This document shows, piece by piece, positions 27,134 to 40,459 of a DNA stretch of 57,231 bases; positions within the stretch are counted from its first letter, which is position 1, and each line of letters starts with the position of its first letter. The DNA lies in NCBI RefSeq assembly GCF_006345805.1, contig NW_021834303.1, positions 1 to 57,231 of the forward strand, written 5' to 3'. The position numbers and the translations under genes were made by a program. The notes beneath the pieces were generated by a model that was not told the origin of the DNA, made no database searches, and worked only from the letters and a program-made list of their open reading frames with translations. Source of the DNA: Octopus sinensis (taxonomy: Eukaryota).

Positions 27134-27297
27134 CACGCACATACATACGTACGTACAATATGTATTTATAATGAAATATACATTTGAGATGTTTGTTTAA
27201 ATATACATATGTATATATGTATATACACATATATTTATATTCAAACATATATATGTAATCATGGAGATGAGTAGAAAGTATGTGAGTATATGTAGAG

Positions 27298-27340
<43 letters not shown>

Positions 27341-27931
27341 TATATATATATGCACATACATTCATATGTATTTAAATATATTTGTACAAATATATACATC
27401 TGTAAATGTATACATATATACATATGTACATATACATATATACATATATATATACCTAATCGTTATGTATAAGGAAGTATCTATACATGCATGTATATTA
27501 ATATATGTATGTATGCATGCATATTTGTATAAATATACACACTAACACATACGTACATACAAACGAAGAGGAAAACAAGGAAAGAGAGAGAGAGAAGAGA
27601 AACAGAGAGAGAGGTAGAGAGAGAAAGAGAGGAAAAGTCAAATGGTGAGCGGAAAATAATAAAGGGAGGTAATCGAATGAAAAGTTTACGGTATAATCCT
27701 GTAATCGTGTCAAGTGAATGTGTAATTGAAATTAACAACCCTTGACCTTTCCTGCCAAAGCGATTCGTTGGAACAATGTGGCGAGGGATGGCTGGACGAG
27801 ATGATAACGATGATGTAGGTTCAAATGACATTTTATCCAATAAAATATTGCAAGATTTCTCTCTATCTAATATATATTACAAATCTTTTCTTCATATATA
27901 TATAAAACCATTTTCTTCAAACATACATATA

Positions 27932-27973
<42 letters not shown>

Positions 27974-29275
27974 CAGATGAATATCGGCAAATACATATAT
28001 GTGTGTGTATATAAATGTGTGTGTGTATGTGTGTGAGTATAGATATTGTTTTTCAATTTTGGCGAATGCGTGTCTAATTCTAAAGTAACTATGCACACAC
28101 ACTCACACACAACACACACACACACACACACACATACACATGAGTGTGCTTTTATGTGTATATACATATGCATGCATATATACATATTTTTGCAAACATA
28201 TAAAAGTATATGTGTATATATATATATATATACACACACACATATATATATACACACACGCGCACACACGTACATGTCTACATATACGCACAAAATACAT
28301 ATATCTACACACGATTCATGTATGTATGCGTTTGTATATGTGTGTATATATGTATGTATAAGTGCGAGAGCGTCTCAATATATATATATATATATATGTG
28401 AATATGTATATATATATGAATGTATATATGTATGCGTACGTGCGTGTGTGTGTGTATGTGTGTGTATTATGTGATAGTGAATGTGTGTTTATGTATACGC
28501 GTACGAGTCAGCCTTTATATTTATAGAAAAAATACTTATATATTTGAATACATGCGCCGATACATATAGAAACATGCAAGTTTGTGTACACACACACACA
28601 CACACACGCACACACACACATACACAAATATACATATTACATGTGTATGTGTATATCTGTGTACATATGAGTGTATGCGTGTGCACTTAAATGTATGTGT
28701 TCATGTATCTATATATATGTGTGTGTGTGTTCTTGCGTGTGTGTTCTTGTGTTCTTGTGTGTGTGTATGTGTATGTGTGAACCTTTCCTTTTCTCTTTCC
28801 CCCTCGCTCTTTCTTGGCTGTGTTCTTTAATTGGCTCCTCCCACCACGTCTCATTAAATTTGGCTCCTTTCTTTCTCTTATTCCTCCTACACTCACCAAA
28901 TTATATTGTTCTTAGCTTTTCCCTCCCACCATCACTTTAACTCCTGCATTCCTTCACCACACTAACTGTTCCTGCCACCCACCCTCCCCAAATACCTCAT
29001 CAATCCCCCCCTTCCCTCTCTCTTTCTCCCTATTCTTTCGTTCGCCGTATTCCTTCCTCCATCGGAATCATCTCACGTTCCTGTTTCATCTTAAATTCTT
29101 TTCTCAATAATATCATTGCTCACCTCCAGCTCACGTTACGAAAGATCAGCAAAGGGAACTAACTCAAGTAAGCAATGGCAAAAATATAAACAACACATTC
29201 TCTCTCTCTCTATATATATATATATATCTTATTCTCTCTCTCTATATATATATCTTTCTCTCCATATCTTTCTCC

Positions 29276-29308
<33 letters not shown>

Positions 29309-29857
29309 ATTCTCTCTTCTTCTGTCTCTTTCTCTATTAATATTCCCACAGATTCGAAGGTCTAGGTTCAGTCCTTCCATGTCTCTGTTGCCAGGCTGGG
29401 CATGCGCAGATGTTGAGGGAAACCGGATTGACAATTTCGTTTTCCGTTCCCCAAGATTGTAATAAAACAACAGCAACAATCAACGCTACGCACACACATA
29501 CAAACACGTACACACAGAGCACACATACACACACACACGCATTACGCACACATTTTACATACACAGACTCCTGTGTCCATTAGTCATACGAATAACACGG
29601 CATGGTCACAACAGAACCCTTTTCATCATTAGTCTTCTCTATTCCGGTCAACACTGGGTTCAATAAAAACAACCACCATAAAATCACTAACATACATACA
29701 CCACAAGATCAACACCGTTTATACATACATACATACATATATATATATACGTGTATGACTTAGCGATCATTCGAATAGATCTTTTGTCTTAATAGCGGTC
29801 AATAACACAGTAATTTCCCTTTGTATAACGGTCATTTTTCATAGCGTTTTTCCGATG

Positions 29858-29927
29858 GCCAGATTACTGAAGAGATGGCGGCGTGGATTTCCACCTCGGC
29901 ATACGAAACTCAGAGTTTTATCTTGGC
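29858..29927 (+). ncRNA. Type I hammerhead ribozyme in a ~200-bp element (~29750-29960) between (TA)n tracts
   Basis: GCCAGATTA CTGAAGA [imperfect stem II GATGGCGGCGTGGA/TCCACCTCGGCATAC] GAAA CTCAGAG TT TTATCTTGGC. Confidence 0.72.
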
Positions 29928-29957
29928 TACCAATAACTGTCCACATATTACATTTAC

Positions 29958-30026
<69 letters not shown>

Positions 30027-30035
30027 CTAGCATAT

Positions 30036-30161
30036 ATAGTTCATATAGTTAGTTTAGAAAAGTGAAAATTGTATATACTTTAGTATGAGAATCTTGAAAT
30101 TCATATGAATATACTAAAGTATATACAATTTTCACTTTTCTAAACTAACTATATGAACTAT
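30036..30161. repeat. Perfect 51-bp inverted repeat with 24-bp spacer
   Basis: Arms 30036-30086 and 30111-30161. Confidence 0.92.
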
Positions 30162-30364
30162 TCTGGGAATGCAAGATAATATGACGGATATTATGGATTA
30201 TTGCAGAAGAATAACCAAGGAAATATATATGGATTTAAAGACTCTCATCAAAAGTAGTAATTTTTTATTTTCATTTTATATTTCAAACAAACACCATTTT
30301 ACATTTTTACTTCAAATTGTTAAAACAACTATCATTCGATATATTATACAATATTCATATTTTA

Positions 30365-30456
30365 TATCTCTGAAGAGCAGAAGAGTTGTCTATAAATGCT
30401 TATCAATATAGGATTTCATTATAGGGACAACACTTCTGCGAAACGATCGTAAGATG
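30365..30456 (+). ncRNA. Type I hammerhead ribozyme with long stem II and palindromic stem III
   Basis: TATCT CTGAAGA GCAGAAG-A-GTTGTC...GACAAC-A-CTTCTGC GAAA CGATCG TA AGATG. Confidence 0.85.
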
Positions 30457-30810
30457 CTTTGAATAATTAATTCAAAACTTTTAAAATATCAAATTTATTT
30501 TATACATTATATTTATATTTTTATATTTATTCATATATATCTTTAAAACAATAAGTTCTTTCTTTAATACAATAAGTTCTTAATACAATAAGTTCTCATC
30601 TTTATGATGAGTTTGAATATCAATTTCCTTATATTAATAATAATAATATATCATTAAAAAATATATGTATATATCGCTCGTATTAAATATATAAATACTT
30701 TAATAGTATTAATATTTTTATACAATGGAGCACTCAATATAAATTTAGTATATAATATTCTTATTGAATATATTTACCTAAAGATTTATGTATTTAATTA
30801 TATATACACA

Positions 30811-30980
30811 GGCGCAGGCGTGGCTGTGTGGTAGGAAGCTTGCTTCTTGATCACATGATTCCAGGTTCAGTCCCGCTGCGTGGTACTTTAGGCAAGTCAT
30901 TTCTACTATAGCCTCAGGCCGATAAAAGACCTGTGAGTGGATTTGGTTGACGGAAATTGAAAAAAGCATATCGTATATAA

Positions 30981-31016
<36 letters not shown>

Positions 31017-31022
31017 GTGTGT

Positions 31023-31068
<46 letters not shown>

Positions 31069-31282
31069 TGTTTGTGCCTATGCTTGTCCCTCCTCCACCA
31101 TCGCTTAACAACCGATGTTGGTATGTTCACGTCCCCGTAACTAAACGGTTCGGTAGAAGTGACTGATAGAATATGCACCAGGCTTACAAAGAATATGTAG
31201 AGGAGTCGATTTCTACGATTGAAAAGCAGTGTTCCAGCATGGCAACAGTCAACTAACTGAAACAAGTAACAGAATAAAAGAA
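30811..31282 (+). mobile_element. SINE family A
   Basis: Full head, microsatellite and tail. Confidence 0.88.
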
Positions 31283-31291
31283 TATATATAT

Positions 31292-31443
31292 ATGGCTCAG
31301 TGGTTAGGGCAGCGGACTCGCGGTCGTAGGATCACGGTTTCGATTCCCAGACCGGGCATTGTAAGTGTTTATTGAGCGAAAACACCTAAAGCTCCACGAG
31401 GCTCCGGCAGGGTGGTGGTAGCGAACCCTGCTGTACACTTTCG
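31292..31443 (+). mobile_element. tRNA-derived SINE, family C, truncated
   Basis: TGGCTCAGTGGTTAGGGCAGCGGACTCGCGGTCG...GGTTTCGATTCCC; matches 41299 copy. Confidence 0.85.
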
Positions 31444-31519
31444 ATTACATACATACATACATACATTCATTTATGAATTTAATAGTAAATCATCCACGTA
31501 TTTGACATTATATATATAA

Positions 31520-31678
31520 TCTTTTCTACACTAGGTACAAGGCCCGAATTTTTTGGGAGGTAGCCAGTCGATTAGATCGACTCCAGTACTCAACTGTTAC
31601 TTAATTTATCGACCCCGAAAGGATGAAAGGCAAAGTCTACCTCGGCGGAATTTGACCCCAGAAAGTAAAGACAAACAA
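31520..31678 (-). mobile_element. SINE family B
   Basis: Similarity to 43395-43590. Confidence 0.8.
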
Positions 31679-32478
31679 AATAGACATTATATATGTAATG
31701 CAATGTCATTGATGTCTTTCAATATATATATGCGTATGTACCTATGCAAGGAACACACACACATATGCATGTGTGTATGCATGTATGTATGTATGCATGT
31801 ATGTATGTATGAATAATGAAATGTGTGAGGCAGATATGAAGTCAACCCGGTGTTTCTACAAGTACTGACATAGGCTCAGGAATCAAACGTTTGTGACCCG
31901 CGGACACGTGCTGATTATACAGAAGGGTTCCCCGCATTGCAACGGACTTAGAAGGATTTGCAAAACCCCTGAGTATCTCTTGCAGTATCTGAAGAGGCAA
32001 AGCATCTCTCATTTCTATTTCAGTTGCGAAGTGAGCCGTGCCAGACGTCCGTCATTTTGTGTCAAATGTCTCCAGCCGGTAACGAACCAGTGACTGGATT
32101 GTTTATTTGGTTCTTCGACTGGATATCGACTACATATATCCATGCATGTTTTATTTTGTGTGTGGTGTGTTGTGCGCGCATGTGTGAGTGGCGTGTATGT
32201 TTATATATGTGCGCGTGTGTGTGTATGTAAAAGTGTATGCATATATATGTACGATGTAAGTTTTTCTGTTTTATGAGTCCATATATCTGTTTATGCTCAT
32301 GTATGTATATAGGCCTGTATCATCTCTATGTGTATATAACTGCATACATATACATATATTTATACATATATATACATATATATATATATATCATACATAT
32401 ACGTGTGCGTGCACGTATGTGCATGCTTCTGTATGTGTCTGTTTACGCGGGTGTGAGAAGACAATATACTTGTATGCG

Positions 32479-32554
<76 letters not shown>

Positions 32555-32579
32555 GTATATATATATTTATATTTATATT

Positions 32580-32614
<35 letters not shown>

Positions 32615-32818
32615 TACATATATAGACACATACATTTATACACACATATATACATATATACATATCTCTGTGTTTGTAATTACATATATGTATGCATGTA
32701 TTTGCATATGTGTATGTGTGGTGGGGAAAAGATGGGAATTATTGCAGAATCAGTGATAAATTTGCTGGAAGTTGTTGTTAATAATGAGGAGGAGTAGGAG
32801 AAAAATGAGGAGGTGGGC

Positions 32819-32872
<54 letters not shown>

Positions 32873-32876
32873 TATA

Positions 32877-32932
<56 letters not shown>

Positions 32933-33029
32933 GCAACAGCAGCATATTTTTATTGCTGTATTTGTATTGAAACTCTTCTTTTCATAAATTTTTTTAAAAA
33001 GATATTATGATGTTTAGTTTCGTTTCGCA

Positions 33030-33076
<47 letters not shown>

Positions 33077-33559
33077 TAGAAGCCAGTTTATTAATTGCCC
33101 AATATTATAATTAATTAATATTTAAAAGTGTTATTTCCAGTTTAACAGCATGTTTGTTGAAAATCAACAGTACCGTTTTTGTTCCGCAACTTCAAAACAA
33201 ATTTGAAATCAATTCTGCATTCCAGCCATTCACTGTCCATTCAGTGGCCAAAAATTTATGATGAAGCCTCCTGGATTTTTCCTGCAAACCGCCCCCAAAT
33301 TAAGCTAGTTAACAACGCCCACAGTCAAACTGACCAAAGACCATGTCCGACGTCTTGCTGCCCCCACCACCACCATTTCCCATTATTCAAGAACATTAAG
33401 AAAACTTTTTCTAAGTGCAGACATCTTGTAAACGTCATCAAACGAAAATGTTACTGCGCAGTCGCAGTAGAGAACTAACCAGCGCCATCGGTTTCATCTA
33501 TCTAACCGCAACCCCATTAGTGGTGTCGCCACTAACGCCACTATCAGCCAAGATCGACA

Positions 33560-33990
33560 CCGGCACCATTGCCACCAACACCATTGCCACCCGTACCACT
33601 TCCCACCAACACCATCGCCACCAACACCGATACCACAAACACCAATACCATCGATACTATCACCACCAACACCGACACTGCCAACACCACTTTCACCCCT
33701 AACACCAGCGCTACCTACTCCAGCAGTGCTAAAATTAGCACCACCACCGCCGCCGCCGCCACCACCACTACCACCACTACCTTCGCTACCAATTCCATCT
33801 CCAGCAACAACTCCAACACCACCACCACCACCACCTTCGTCACCAACACTGTCGCTACTACTAACACCAGTGACATCAACCAATACCAAACTTCAACCAA
33901 CGACCATCAACCAATAATTACTATCAGCCAACATTAACTACCACCACCACCACCTCCACCACCACAGCTAACACCGCCCTCAACGCCGTC
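33560..33990. repeat. (ACC)-rich low-complexity tract
   Basis: Direct reading. Confidence 0.85.
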
Positions 33991-34554
33991 CTTGTATTAA
34001 AGTTTAATCAAAATTCTATAATGAGTTCATTAAAAGTCCATCAATTACGAGCGTCATCGTCTCCGTTCGAACAATGACGTCACCAACACGTTACTGTTGC
34101 AGCGTTTATTCTCATCCTTGCAGTATTAATAAAATTACTGTTTAACCTTAAATCAGACATGATAGAACTGACCTCTGGTGTAAGGGGTTTCCAATTAGGG
34201 CCTCCTGAGCAGCATTACAGACCCCCGGGCAAAGCAATGCACTGGGCCCCGTAGGGTATATTTTTTGACATCAAGATACAGCATACACAGACCAGAATAC
34301 GGCCCCGAGATCTGTGAGGCCTCTAGACAACTGTCCAGTGCACCCATGCTTTAAAATCGCGCTGGCTCCAAATGTAGCCATCTCGTCAATATTCATTCCG
34401 AGTTTAATTATCTAAAATTTACGAGTATATATATATATATATATATATCTACTCATAAGTTTTAAATTAGTTTAATTATTTAAAACTTATGAGTAGATAT
34501 ATATATATATATGGGGTGCATAATATAAATATCTATATACACTTACATACATCC

Positions 34555-34882
34555 GAAATGACCTTGGCAGAATTTGAACCCAAAATGTCAAGAGCTGGAA
34601 GAAATTCCGTTAAATATGTTGTCCGAGTCGCTTATAATTCGGCCAGCCCGCTGCGTTCCATTATGGCAACAATCTTTTCTATTATACAAGCGTAACGCCT
34701 GAAATTTAGGGACTGGGGTTTAATCGATCACCTTGACTCGAGTGCTCAAACTGGTGTCTATTTTATCGACTACGGAAGGTTGAAAGGCAAAGTCTTCCTC
34801 GGTGGAATTTGAACTCAGCAAGTGAAGTGTCAGAGGAAATGTCGCTAAGCATTTTATCCAGCGCGGTAACGGTTCTGCCACG
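34555..34882 (-). mobile_element. Two diverged SINE family B copies
   Basis: GAATTTGAAC box B and GAAAGGCAAAGTC core. Confidence 0.7.
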
Positions 34883-35453
34883 CAATCCGCTTCATTATTA
34901 CTATAATAAACACATGCGCTGGTTAGTTTTCACTTTTATACTATTTGTTAATTGATTAATTATTTAAACAATTACCTAATCAAATGTTTGGTTAATAACT
35001 GGCTTAATCACTTGGTCAGTCATGTTTGTTAAAGTCCTTTTGTCACTGTTCGCGACCTCTTCATTGACATGCTCTCTCTTTCTCTCTCTCTATTTTAGGT
35101 TAGCCTTATGTCTTTCTGATTGAGTAATCTAATGAATAATCAAGCAGTCGATAAATTAATTTGCTAAATATTTAACCATTTGACGAACAGTAAGGAAGTG
35201 AAACACAACTAGTGTGTGTGTTTATTATTATTGGCATAATGACCCACCCGATATAAAGCAAGATCTGTTTCAACATACGAGTGCAGACCAAGCATCTTGC
35301 AGACCAAATACTAACACGAATTACAGTATTCTTCACTAATCCTATTTTTACCGAGTGCATTCGCTGCATCACAGACAGCAGAAATGTGCATCGTGGTGAT
35401 GTGCAAGTGTTCCATTTTGATTTTATGGTTTTGCTTTCGGGAAAAATTATGAG

Positions 35454-35496
<43 letters not shown>

Positions 35497-35500
35497 TGTA

Positions 35501-35532
<32 letters not shown>

Positions 35533-35634
35533 CCTAGAAATTGTTTTTCTTTTTTTTCCGTATGTTATTTATTCGTTCTGTGATTTTGCTTCCCATGAAT
35601 TTGTCTCCGTGTTTTTAATCATTTCCTGCACATC

Positions 35635-35751
<117 letters not shown>

Positions 35752-35755
35752 TATT

Positions 35756-36310
35756 GAGTGAGAGAGCAGTGCATGCCGTCAGAGTGACACTGGGGTAAAA
35801 TATACGAAGCCCAGCATACCCATCATGACTACCCGCCCGATAAGGGTATACCTGGTACATGCATCACAACCATATGTGCGCGACATGGTGATCTCAAATC
35901 AAGATAAACAGCACATGACCTTGCAGGTGAGGCCCAGTTAGAATTTCTTCTTGTCGTGTAACCCATCCCGCTCAAAAGGTCCCTGAATAAAGGTTTTTAA
36001 GGATGTTCAACGACCCACCCATGTTTCCAGAGGTTAATTATTCAAGCCCCAAAGAATCCCTCCCGACACAAGGCTATGATGCTCCCCCACTACTTCTGCT
36101 CATGATCAGAGATGCACATATCGTCAGCCACTAAGGGACATGCTCAACTGGTTAAGGTCAAACAACTGACAAGCAAATCTGTGGTATTGGGCAGAATATT
36201 TGCTGTAGCCCATCTTTTATACCAAGACAATACAATATACATGATAACGCTTCCAATCAGTTAAGATCAGGAGCCACGAGAACCAACGCCTGGTACTACA
36301 TCAGGGCATT
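35756..36310 (-). mobile_element. Unclassified ~555-bp non-coding interspersed element flanked by (TAA)n
   Basis: Second copy in opposite orientation at 40827-41296; strand assigned by analogy with the Dong-like inserts. Confidence 0.75.
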
Positions 36311-36461
36311 TATTATTATTATCATTATTATTATTATTATTATTCTATGTTTGACTTTTGCTTTATGTCTGTACAAGTTGGCTCCAAGTCTCACCCAGAG
36401 ACCTCAAGAGACAACAGGTTAGAAGTTCTGTGCCATATATTTGGGTTTTTTTTAAAAATTA

Positions 36462-36509
<48 letters not shown>

Positions 36510-36512
36510 GTT

Positions 36513-36547
<35 letters not shown>

Positions 36548-36548
36548 T

Positions 36549-36619
<71 letters not shown>

Positions 36620-36630
36620 TATTATTATTA

Positions 36631-36664
<34 letters not shown>

Positions 36665-36667
<3 letters not shown>

Positions 36668-37983
36668 GTTTTTCCTTCTTTCTTCAAATTTTCTTCTGTT
36701 TCTCGCCGAGTGTTTTCCATACACCTAGGACAGAGAAGGGCATTGTATGCGTTCCCAGATTACACGCGCAAATTCACAGATAAAATATGTATTTAAAAAT
36801 TAATAAATATATAAATTCATGAATGGATGTTATTTTCACGGCGATAGTGCTCTTCTCAGTACATAAGCCGTTCCAGTTAATACGATTTTTTGCATTTCCT
36901 GTAGGGATGGTAAGCCTGGAATCAATTTCAAATAGGTTTCAGTACCTTTTTTTATCATTCCTAGTGATCCTACAATCACTGGTACTGTAGTCGCCTTGAG
37001 ATGCCACACTTTTTCAATTTCTATTAGCAGGTCTTTATATTTACTAATCTTGTTAAATTCTTTCGCCGCTATATTGTGATCACTGGGAATACTCATGTCA
37101 ATTAATAAACACATCCTTTTTGTCTGATCTATTATAATAATATCCGGTTTATTAGCTTTTATAGTCCTGTCGGTCTGCACAGGGAAGTCCCATAGAATCG
37201 ACACATTTTCTCCTTCAGTCACAGCTTCAGGATGATGTTTATACCATTTGTCAGCGGTTTTGATTTTATAATGCCGACATATTGTCCAATGTAAATACTG
37301 ACCGACTCTGTTATGTCCCGCTTTATATTCTGTAGGTGCTAATACTCTACACCCTGAGATTAGGTGGTCTATTGTTTCAATCTCTTCGTTACAGAATCGG
37401 CATTTTGGGTCAGCTCCATTTTTCATCACATTGGCTTGGTAGTTCCGGGTTAATAAGCTTTGGTCTTGAGCAGCTAATATGAAACCTTCACTCTCTGCTT
37501 TTAGCCCTGAGCTTCGTAACCATTGGTGCGTGTGTTTCTGATCGACATCAGCTTGTTTGCTACGGGCCACATACTTGCCATGGAGAGGTTTCTGTTCCCA
37601 TCTGCTAGCTAAATTTTCATGTGCTTTTGTCTTTGGCGCATTTCCTTCAGCCTGATTAATCTGGTGGGCATCTAAAAGATCAGCAGCGAATGTTTTGCTC
37701 TCTTTGAGAATAGAGTGAAGTTATTTAGGTCTTTCATGTTTTTCAACAAGTTTTAGCATCCAATCGTTGGTTGCTTCAAGATATTTGGCCAGTCCGATTG
37801 TGGTGGTTTTGTATGTAAGTTTAAGCTGGATCAAACCTTGGCCTCCCGGATCTCTGGGAAGGTAAAGGCGATCCACGTCTGCCTTTGGATGGTGCATCTT
37901 ATTACAAGTCAGTAGCTGGCGGATTTTCGGTCAATTTTCATTATTTCACTGGTATTCCAGCTAAGCACATTGAAGCTATAAAG
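36665..37983 (-). mobile_element. R4/Dong-like RLE LINE, 5'-truncated
   Basis: (TAA)n on both flanks; coding region with CCHC and PD-(D/E)xK motifs. Confidence 0.92.
36836..37570 (-). pseudogene. Uninterrupted C-terminal 244 aa of Dong-like ORF (CCHC knuckle + restriction-like endonuclease)
   Basis: AAQDQSLLTRNY, CRFC..ETIDHLISGC, ILWDF, NKPDII, LIDMSIP, KISKYKDL, VPVIVGSLG, QKIVLTGTA. Confidence 0.9.
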
Positions 37984-38015
37984 AACAATTGTTATTATTA
38001 TTATTATTATTATTA

Positions 38016-38083
<68 letters not shown>

Positions 38084-38449
38084 GGCATTGGTATAACAGA
38101 TACTCCATACAGAGTATGTGAACAAGAGTGAATGGTTATTTACTCATTTTGGAATTATTTCAGAAGACCACCAACGCTGAAATTAGGTGTACATAATATG
38201 TACTTATGTATGTATATGTTCACATGCATATGTATATGTGTATGTGTGTATACACACTCATATATATTCATATTATAAGTGTAGGTATGAAATGTGCGTG
38301 AAGCTATATGTACACACACACACACGCACACAGAAACACACACACACATACGAACACACATACACATACCTACGGATAATTAGAAAATCTGGAGAAAAAT
38401 TTTGTCTCCAGATAATTTTGATACCAAACATAAGCACACACGCGCACAA

Positions 38450-38489
<40 letters not shown>

Positions 38490-38924
38490 TATATATTATA
38501 TATATATATACATACATACATACATACATACAAATACATACATATATATATATGCATATAATATATACACACACACATTATATATATGATTATATCTACG
38601 TACGTATATATACCCATATATATATATATATATATACGTGTGTGTATTTATACAATGATATAATCATATGTGCGTCTATCGGCTATTTTAATATTCATTT
38701 CACAGGCGTCATATTTCATGTGGAGTGTTTAACGTGTGGTGGTCATCTAGAATATATTTAGACTACATCTAGATTACATCTGGATTACATCTGGTCTCAT
38801 TTCGGGCACCTTCTGCTTGCTGCCATTTCTATTGTGATTAACGAGAGAAACAAAGCATCGCTGCAAACAATAAAAACGTAATCATCTAAAATAAATTTAA
38901 AGCCAATCCAGTAATAGGTTGTGG

Positions 38925-39008
38925 TATCCATTCATATCCAGTAATATCCAGTAATATCAAGTCGTATCCAACAATGTCCAATCATATCCAGCCGTATTCA
39001 GTAATATT
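38925..39008. repeat. Degenerate 10-bp minisatellite (ATATCCAGTA)n
   Basis: Direct reading. Confidence 0.65.
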
Positions 39009-39367
39009 GCGGAAAATATCTCAGTTAGATGAGTTCGCATAAATATTTCCACTGAAATGCACAAAAATAATGAATAATAATAATAATGTTAATAATAGCA
39101 GTAATAACAATTTTGACGTTACAGAAATTTAGAGACTTTGAGAGAACGTGAACTAATTCGTTCTTTTTTTTTTTTTTTTAGTGGTGGAAGCTAGAAATAA
39201 TCGCATGTAAATATTGGGGTTAAAAGTCCTTTGGGCAGTATGATGTCTGTCATATAGAAGACATAGATTTGCGTTCGACGGGCAGCCTTACTCTTTTTCT
39301 AGCCAATATTTTCACGCTGTTGCTCCTAACTTCATCTATGCTGATGTTTACTGTTTCAAATGCGAAA

Positions 39368-39471
<104 letters not shown>

Positions 39472-39477
39472 ATACTA

Positions 39478-39513
<36 letters not shown>

Positions 39514-39532
39514 TAATAATAATAATAATAAT

Positions 39533-40008
39533 GAACCCGAAGGCATCGTCGAAAATGGAAATGCAAAGATCCTATGGGATTTTATGATTCAGTGCGACCA
39601 TGAGATAGAGAGTAGGAAGCCGGATGTAGTCTTAATTGAGAAAGGAAATAAACTATGCTGGATCATAGATATAGCATGTCCAGCTGACAACAAGGTATGC
39701 GATAAGTAGAAAGAAAAGTCGAGAGATATGACAGGTTAGCTTGGGAAGTTAAGCAGTTGTGGTCGATGAAATAGGTAGCAGTAGTGCCAATAATTGTCGG
39801 GACCCTGGGAACAGTGAGCAAAAATCTCGAGAAGTACGTGGAACAAATAGGGGATGCAATAAGGGTGGAACACTTGCAGAAAACAGCACTGTTTGGAACT
39901 GCTCTAATACTCCGGATGGTGCTCGAAAAATAAGAGGTGTTACCTAAGTTCACTGAACAGCTGACACCATAATAGAACATCTCCAGCGTTAGAAGTTGTG
40001 CAAAGGCA
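39533..40008 (+). mobile_element. Dong-like RLE LINE 3' fragment
   Basis: KILWDF, RKPDVV, IIDIACP, VVPIIVGTLG, LQKTALFGTA; (TAA)n flanks. Confidence 0.88.
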
Positions 40009-40011
40009 ATG

Positions 40012-40078
<67 letters not shown>

Positions 40079-40131
40079 TAATAATAATAATGATAACAAC
40101 AACAACAACAATAATAATAATAATAATAATA

Positions 40132-40175
<44 letters not shown>

Positions 40176-40199
40176 TATTATTATTATTATTATAATGAT

Positions 40200-40378
40200 A
40201 GTTTTCGGTGAGGTGATCCAGAAGACAGCATTGTTGGGTGCAGCTCGCATTCTAAGGAGAGTAATGTCTCTTTGAGTCACAGGAGAAGGGACTACTTGAA
40301 ACCTTTGGTGATTTCTTATTGCCTGCTTTCTAGTAAAGAACAACCGGTAATTAAGAACCATCCGAGAGTCTTTCAGAA
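40200..40378 (+). mobile_element. Dong-like RLE LINE extreme 3' fragment
   Basis: IQKTALLGAARILRRVMSL* plus 3' UTR. Confidence 0.75.
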
Positions 40379-40386
40379 TAACAATT

Positions 40387-40421
<35 letters not shown>

Positions 40422-40459
40422 AATAATAATAATAACAACAACAACAACAACAACAACAA

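Noticed and set aside
31292-31360. tRNA gene
   Set aside because: tRNA-like head continues into a SINE body repeated elsewhere; no acceptor stem or terminator
34075-34082. CRE palindrome TGACGTCA
   Set aside because: A single 8-mer is expected by chance in 57 kb; no promoter context
34195-34365. GC-rich possible hAT-type MITE
   Set aside because: TIRs and TSD could not be defined
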